A DNA stretch of 64,000 nucleotides from Eledone cirrhosa (taxonomy: Eukaryota), in assembly GCA_964016885.1 (NCBI GenBank), contig OZ024743.1, positions 140,430,001 through 140,494,000 on the forward strand, written 5' to 3'. This document shows, one piece after another, positions 58,701 to 64,000 of this stretch (positions are counted from its first letter, which is position 1; the number at the start of each line of letters is the position of its first letter). Made by a program: the position numbers and the translations under genes. The notes beneath the pieces are model-generated. The model saw only the letters and a program-made list of their open reading frames with translations, was not told the origin of the DNA and made no database searches.

Positions 58701-61700
58701 TGTTGTTTGGTGTTTGTTGTTTGGTGTTTGCTGTTTGGTGTTTGGTGTTTGCTTTTTGGTGTTTGGTGTTTGATGTATGTTGTTTGCTGTTTGGTGTTTG
58801 GTGTTTGGTGTTTGGTGCTTGGTGCTTGGTGTTTGGTGCTTGGTGCTTGGTGTTTGGTGCCTGGTGCTTGGTGTTTGGTGTTTGGTGCTTGGTGCTTGGA
58901 GTTTGGTGTTTGGTGCTTGGTGCTTGGTGTTTCGTGTTTCGTGTTTGGTGCTTGGTGCTTGGTGCTTGGTCGTTGGTGTTTGGTGCTGGGTGCATTGTGT
59001 TTGGGGCTTGGTGCTTGGTGCTTGGTGCTTGGTGTTTGGTGTTTGCTGCTTGGTGTTTGATGCTTGGTGCTTGGTGCTTGGTGTTTTGTGTTTGGTGCTT
59101 GGTGCTTGGTGCTTGGTGTTTGGTGCTTGGTGCTTGGTGCTTGGTGTTTTGTGTTTGGTGCTTGGTGCTTGGTGTTTGGTGCTTGGTGCTGGGTGGTTGG
59201 TATTTGGTGCTTGCTGCTGGCTGCTTGCTGTTTGATGCATGGTGATTGGTGCTTGGTGTTTGGTGCTTGGTGTTTGGTGTTTGATGCTTGGTGCTTGGTG
59301 CTTGGTGTTTGGTGCTTGGTGCTTGGTGTTTGGTGCTTGGTGCTTGGTGTTTGGTGTTTGGTGTTTGGTGCTTGGTATTTGGTGCTTGGTACTTGGTGCT
59401 TGGTGTTTGGTGTTAGGTGTTTGGTGCTTGCTGTTTGGTGCTTGGTGTTTGGTGCTTGGTGCTTGGTGCTTGGTGCTTGGTGTTTGGTGGTTGGTGTTTG
59501 GTGCTTGGTGTTTGGTGCTTGGTGTTAGGTGCTTGGTGATTGGTGCTTGGTGTTTGGTGTTTGGTGCTTGGTGTTTGGTGTTTGGTGCTTGGTGTTTGGT
59601 GCTTTTTGCTTGGTGCTTGGTGCTTGGTGTTTGGTGCTGGGTGCTTGGTGCTTGGTGTTTGGTGTTATATGCTTGGTGTTTGATGCTTGGTGCTTGGTGC
59701 TTGGTGTTTGGTGTTTGGTGCTTGGTGTTTGATGCTTGGTGCTTGGTGCTTGGTGTTTGGTGCTTGGTGCTTGGTGTTTGGTGCTTGGTGCTTGGTGTTT
59801 GGTGCTTGGTGTTTGGTGCTTGGTGTTTGGTGCTTGGTGCTTGGTGCTTGGGGCTTGGTGTTTGGTGGTTGGTGCTTGGTGCTTGGTGTTAGATGTTTGG
59901 TGCTTGGTGCTTGGTGTCTGGTTTTTGGTGCTTGGTGCTTGGTGTTTGGTGCTTGTTGCTGGCTGCTTGGTGTTTGGTGCTTGGTGATTGGTGCTTGGTG
60001 TTTGGTGCTTGGTGTTTGGTGTTTGGTGCTTGGTGTTTGTACTTGGTGTTTGGTGCTTGGTGTTTGGTGCTAGGTGCTTGGTGTTTGGTGCTCGGTGCTT
60101 GGTGTTTGGTGCCTGGTGCTTGGTGTTTGGTGTTTGGTGTTTGGTGCTTGGTGCTTGGTGTTTGGTGTTTGCTGTTTGCTGTTTGGTGTTTGTTGTTTGG
60201 TGTTTGTTGTTTGGTGTTTGCTGTTTGGTGTTTGGTGTTTGCTTTTTGGTGTTTGGTGTTTGAGGTATGTTGTTTGCTGTTTGGTGTTTGGTGTTTGGTG
60301 TTTGGTGCTTGGTGCTTGGTGTTTGGTGCTTGGTGCTTGGTGTTTGGTGCCTGGTGCTTGGTGTTTGGTGTTTGGTGCTTGGTGCTTGGAGTTTGGTGTT
60401 TGGTGCTTGGTGCTTGGTGTTTCGTGTTTCGTGTTTGGTGCTTGGTGCTTGGTGCTTCGTCCTTGGTGTTTGGTGCTGGGTGCATTGTGTTTGGTGCTTG
60501 GTGCTTGGTGCTTGGTGCTTGGTGTTTGGTGTTTGCTGCTTGGTGTTTGATGCTTGGTGCTTGGTGCTTGGTGTTTTGTGTTTGGTGCTTGGTGCTTGGT
60601 GCTTGGTGTTTGGTGCTTGGTGCTTGGTGCTTGGTGTTTTGTGTTTGGTGCTTGGTGCTTGGTGTTTGGTGCTTGGTGCTGGGTGGTTGGTGTTTGGTGC
60701 TTGGTGTTTGGTGCTGGGTGCTTGGTGTTTGGTGCTGGGTGCTTGGTGTTTGGTGCTTGGTGCTTGGTGTTTGGTGCTTGGTGCTGGGTGGTTGGTGTTT
60801 GGTGCTTGGTGTTTGGTGCTGGGTGCTTGGTGTTTGGTGCTGGGTGCTTGGTGTTTGGTGCTTGGTGCTTCGTCTTTGGTGCTTGGTGTTTGGTGCTTGG
60901 TGTTTGGTGCTTGGTGTTTGGTGCTTGGTGCTTGGTGTTTGGTGCTTGGTGCTTGGGGTTTGGTTTTTGGTGCTTGGTGCTTGGTGTTTGGTGTTTGGTG
61001 CTTGCTGCTGGCTGCTTGGTGTTTGATGCATGGTGATTGGTGCTTGGTGTTTGGTGCTTGGTGTTTGGTGTTTGATGCTTGGTGCTTGGTGCTTGGTGTT
61101 TGGTGCTTGGTGCTTGGTGTTTGGTGCTTGGTGCTTGGTGTTTGGTGCTTGGTGTATGGTGCTTGGTGTTTGGTGCTTGGTGCTTGGTGCTTGGTGCTTG
61201 GTGTTTGGTGGTTGGTGCTTGGTGCTTGGTGTTAGGTGTTTGGTGCTTGGTGCTTGGTGTTTGGTGTTTGGTGCTTGGTGTTTGGTGTTTGGTGCTTGGT
61301 GTTTGGTGCTTGGTACTTGGTGCTTGGTGCTTGGTGTTAGGTGTTTGGTGCTTGGTGCTTGGTGTCTGGTTTTTGGTGCTTGGTGCTTGGTGTTTGGTGT
61401 TTGGTGCTTGCTGCTGGCTGCTTGGTGTTTGGTGCTTGGTGATTGGTGCTTGGTGTTTGGTGCTTGGTGTTTGGTGTTTGGTGCTTGGTGATTGGTGTTT
61501 GTACTTGGTGCTTGGTACTTGGTTCTTGGTGTTTGGTGCTTGGTGCTTGGTGTTTGGTGTTATATGCTTGGTGTTTGATGCTTGGTGCTTGGTGCTTGGT
61601 GTTTGGTGTTTGGTGTTTGATGCTTGGTGCTTGGTGTTTGGTGCTTGGTGCTTGGTGTTTGTACTTGGTGCTTGGTGCTTGGTGCTTGGTGTTTGGTGCT

Positions 61701-63120
61701 TGGTGCTTGGAGCTTGGTGCTTGGTCCTTGGTGCTTGGTGTTTGGTGGTTGGTGTTTGGTGCTTGGTGTTAGGTGTTTGGTGCTTGGTGCTTGGTGTTTG
61801 GTGTTTGGTGCTTGGTGTTTGGTGTTTGGTGCTTGGTGTTTGGTGCTTGGTACTTGGTGCTTGGTGCTTGGTGTTAGGTGTTTGGTGCTTGGTGTTTGGT
61901 GCTTGGTGTTTGGTGCTTGGTGCTTGGTGCTTGGTGCTTGGTGTTTGGTGGTTGGTGTTTGGTGCTTGGTGTTTGGAGCTTGGTGTTTGGTGTTTGGTGC
62001 TTGGTGTTTGGTGTTTGGTGCTTGGTGTTTGTTGCTTTTTGCTTGGTGCTTGGTGCTTGGTGTTTGGTGCTGGGTGCTTGGTGCTTGGTGTTTGGTGTTA
62101 TATGCTTGGTGTTTGATGCTTGGTGCTTGGTGCTTGGTGTTTGGTGTTTGGTGCTTGGTGTTTGATGCTTGGTGCTTGGTGCTTGGTGTTTGGTGCTTGG
62201 TGCTTGGTGTTTGGTGCTTGGTGCTTGGTGTTTGGTGCTTGGTGTTTGGTGCTTGGTGCTTGGTGTTTGGTGGTTGGTGCTTGGTGCTTGGTGTTAGGTG
62301 TTTGGTGCTTGGTGCTTGGTGTCTGGTTTTTGGTGCTTGGTGCTTGGTGTTTGGTGCTTGTTGCTGGCTGCTTGGTGTTTGGTGCTTGGTGATTGGTGCT
62401 TGGTGTTTGGTGCTTGGTGTTTGGTGTTTGGTGCTTGGTGTTTGTACTTGGTGTTTGGTGCTTGGTGTTTGGTGCTAGGTGCTTGGTGTTTGGTGCTTGG
62501 TGCTTGGTGTTTGGTGCCTGGTGCTTGGTGTTTGGTGTTTGGTGTTTGGTGCTTGGTGCTTGGTGTTTGGTGTTTGCTGTTTGCTGTTTGGTGTTTGTTG
62601 TTTGGTGTTTGTTGTTTGGTGTTTGCTGTTTGGTGTTTGGTATTTGCTTTTTGGTGTTTGGTGTTTGATGTATGTTGTTTGGTGTTTGGTGTTTGGTGTT
62701 TGGTGTTTGGTGCTTGGTGCTTGGTGTTTGGTGCTTGGTGCTTGGTGTTTAGTGCCTGGTGCTTGGTGCATGGTGCTTGGTGTTTGGTGTTTGGTGCTTG
62801 GTGCTTGGAGTTTGGTGTTTGGTGCTTGGTGCTTGGTGTTTCGTGTTTCGTGTTTGGTTTTTGGTGCTTGGTGCTTGGTGCTTGGTCCTTGGTGTTTGGT
62901 GCTGGGTGCATTGTGTTTGGTGCTTGGCGCTTGGTGCTTGGTGCTTGGTGTTTGGTGTTTGCTGCTTGGTGTTTGATGCTTGGTGCTTGGTGCTTGGTGT
63001 TTTGCGCTTGGTGCTTGGTGCTTGGTGTTTGGTGCTTGGTGCTTGGTGCTTGGTGTTTGTACTTGGTGCTTGGTGATTGGTGTTTGGTTCTTGGTTCTTG
63101 GTGTTTGGTGTTTGGCGTTT
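52710..63120 (+). repeat. Long-range direct copy (about 10.4 kb) of about 28603-45705, lacking the 4243 and 2237 bp local duplications
   Basis: Collinear ORF offsets: 24107 (28666/52773, 29575/53682), 24302 (30893/55195), 24148 (32249/56397, 33891/58039), 19625 (39904/59529, 40264/59889), 17388 (44236/61624, 44906/62294). The steps equal the missing duplications (4243+280, then 2237). Confidence 0.9.
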
Positions 63121-64000
63121 GGTGCTTGGTGCTTGGTGTTTGGTGTTTGCTGTTTGCTGTTTGTTGTTTGGTGTTTGCTGTTTGGTGTTTGGTGTTTGCT
63201 TTTTGGTGCTTGGTGTTCGGTGCTTGGTGCTTGGTGTTTGGTGCTTGGTGTTCGGTGCTTGGTGCTTGGTGTTTGGTGCCTGGTGCTTGGTGCTTGGTGC
63301 TTGGTGTTTGGTGTTTGGTGCTTGGTGCTTGGAGTTTGGTGTTTGGTGCTTGGTGCTTGGTGTTTCGTGTTTCGTGTTTGGTTTTTGGTGCTTGGTGCTT
63401 GGTGCTTGGTCCTTGGTGTTTGGTGTTTGCTGCTTGGTGTTTGATGCTTGGTGCTTGGTGCTTGGTGTTTTGCGTTTGGTGCTTGGTGGTTGGTGTTTGG
63501 TGCTTGGTGCTTGGTGCTTGGTGTTTGTACTTGGTGATTGGTGTTTGGTTCTTGGTTCTTGGTGTTTGGTGTTTGGCGTTTGGTGTTTGGTGCTTGGTGC
63601 TTGGTGTTTGGTGCTTGGTGCTTGGTGTTTGGTGCCTGGTGCTTGGTGCTTGGTGTTTGGTGTTTGGTGCTTGGTGCTTGGTGCTTGGTCCTTGGTGTTT
63701 GGTGCTGGGTGCTTTGTGTTTGGTGCTTGGTGCTTGGTGTTTGGTGTTTGCTGCTTGGTGTTTGATGCTTGGTGCTTGGTGCTTGGTGTTTTGTGTTTGG
63801 TGCTTGGTTCTTGGTGTTTGGTGCTTGGTGCTTGGTACTTGGTGTTTGTACTTGGTGCTTGGTGCTTGGTGTTTGGTTCTTGGTTCTTGGTGTTTGGTAC
63901 GTGGTGCTTCGTGCTTGATGTTTGGTGTTTGGTGCTTGGTGTTTGGTGCTTGGTGCTTGGTGCTTGGTGTTAGGTGTTTGGTGCTTGGTCCTTGTTGTTT
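55544..64000 (+). repeat. Tandem duplication, period 7577 bp; the second copy starts at about 63121 and is cut off by the window end
   Basis: ORFs 55961..56188 and 63538..63765 are identical (offset 7577). Private markers TACGTGGTGCTTCGTGC at 56321/63898 and TTTGCGT at about 55892/63469. 7577 = 1084x7 - 11, and I count eleven hexamers in the interval. Confidence 0.85.

Larger units (their letters stand above)
1..64000 (+). repeat. Heptamer tandem (simple satellite) array, consensus TTGGTG(C/T), about 9,150 units, extends beyond both window ends
   Basis: Every line parses into TTGGTGC/TTGGTGT units or 1-3 substitution variants (e.g. TAGGTGT, TTGATGC, TTGGTAC, TGGGTGC, TTGCTGT, TATATGC). No non-repeat interruption or inversion was seen. 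All ORFs translate to a 7-aa repeat. Confidence 0.99.

Noticed and set aside
51-63973. Hundreds of + strand ORFs encoding (LGAWCLV/FGVWCLV)n hydrophobic Cys/Trp-rich proteins, up to 847 aa (51086..53629)
   Set aside because: The 7-mer lacks A, so stops arise only in rare variants. Because 7 is coprime with 3, all three frames give the same peptide and overlap completely. Starts are mostly TTG/GTG from the repeat, there is no RBS or unique domain, and hexamer units and stops are placed without regard to frame.
1-64000. CRISPR array
   Set aside because: There is no 23-50 bp repeat separated by unique spacers, no leader and no cas genes. The intervals between markers are themselves heptamer repeats.
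1-64000. Strong G-quadruplex-forming array
   Set aside because: The consensus has only GG doublets with 5-nt loops. GGG/GGGG are sporadic and never four in close series, so at most weak two-tier structures are possible.
1-64000. De novo product of telomerase or a repeat-synthesising reverse transcriptase, or low-complexity sequencing noise or simulated sequence
   Set aside because: Rare variants and the C/T order are faithfully copied in nested kb-scale blocks with exact register arithmetic. That requires DNA-level duplication of existing sequence rather than unit-by-unit synthesis or random error. Mis-assembly of individual near-identical copies is still possible.
1-64000. Deliberately encoded or functional digital information in the C/T string
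   Set aside because: The string's redundancy is accounted for by duplication history. Nothing visible indicates a reading frame, delimiter or decoding machinery.

Overview
The whole 64 kb is one uninterrupted, single-orientation heptamer tandem array with consensus TTGGTG(C/T) on the + strand ((G/A)CACCAA on the - strand), about 9,150 units, running off both ends of the window. I found no unique sequence, credible gene, RNA gene, mobile element or CRISPR array. All listed ORFs are artefacts of a stop-poor 7-mer, which gives the same 7-aa repeat in every frame (LGAWCLV / TKHQAPS). The information lies in the repeat itself. Two co-dominant monomers (TTGGTGC, TTGGTGT) are finely interleaved, and a fixed vocabulary of rare variant units acts as barcodes. 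These barcodes reveal nested higher-order duplications with periods of about 77-280 bp, 832-881, 1650, 1770, 2237, 2642/2649, 4243, 5119/5126 and 7577 bp. There is also a ~10.4 kb long-range copy (52.7-63.1 kb) of the 28.6-45.7 kb region. Every period I checked equals 7n minus the number of 6-bp units inside it, so amplification stays in register. The best reading is a eukaryote-type simple satellite (pericentromeric, centromeric, subtelomeric or intronic) acquiring higher-order structure. Organism and function cannot be determined from this window. Duplication boundaries were read by eye from variant markers and ORF-track offsets and are approximate to within tens of bp.
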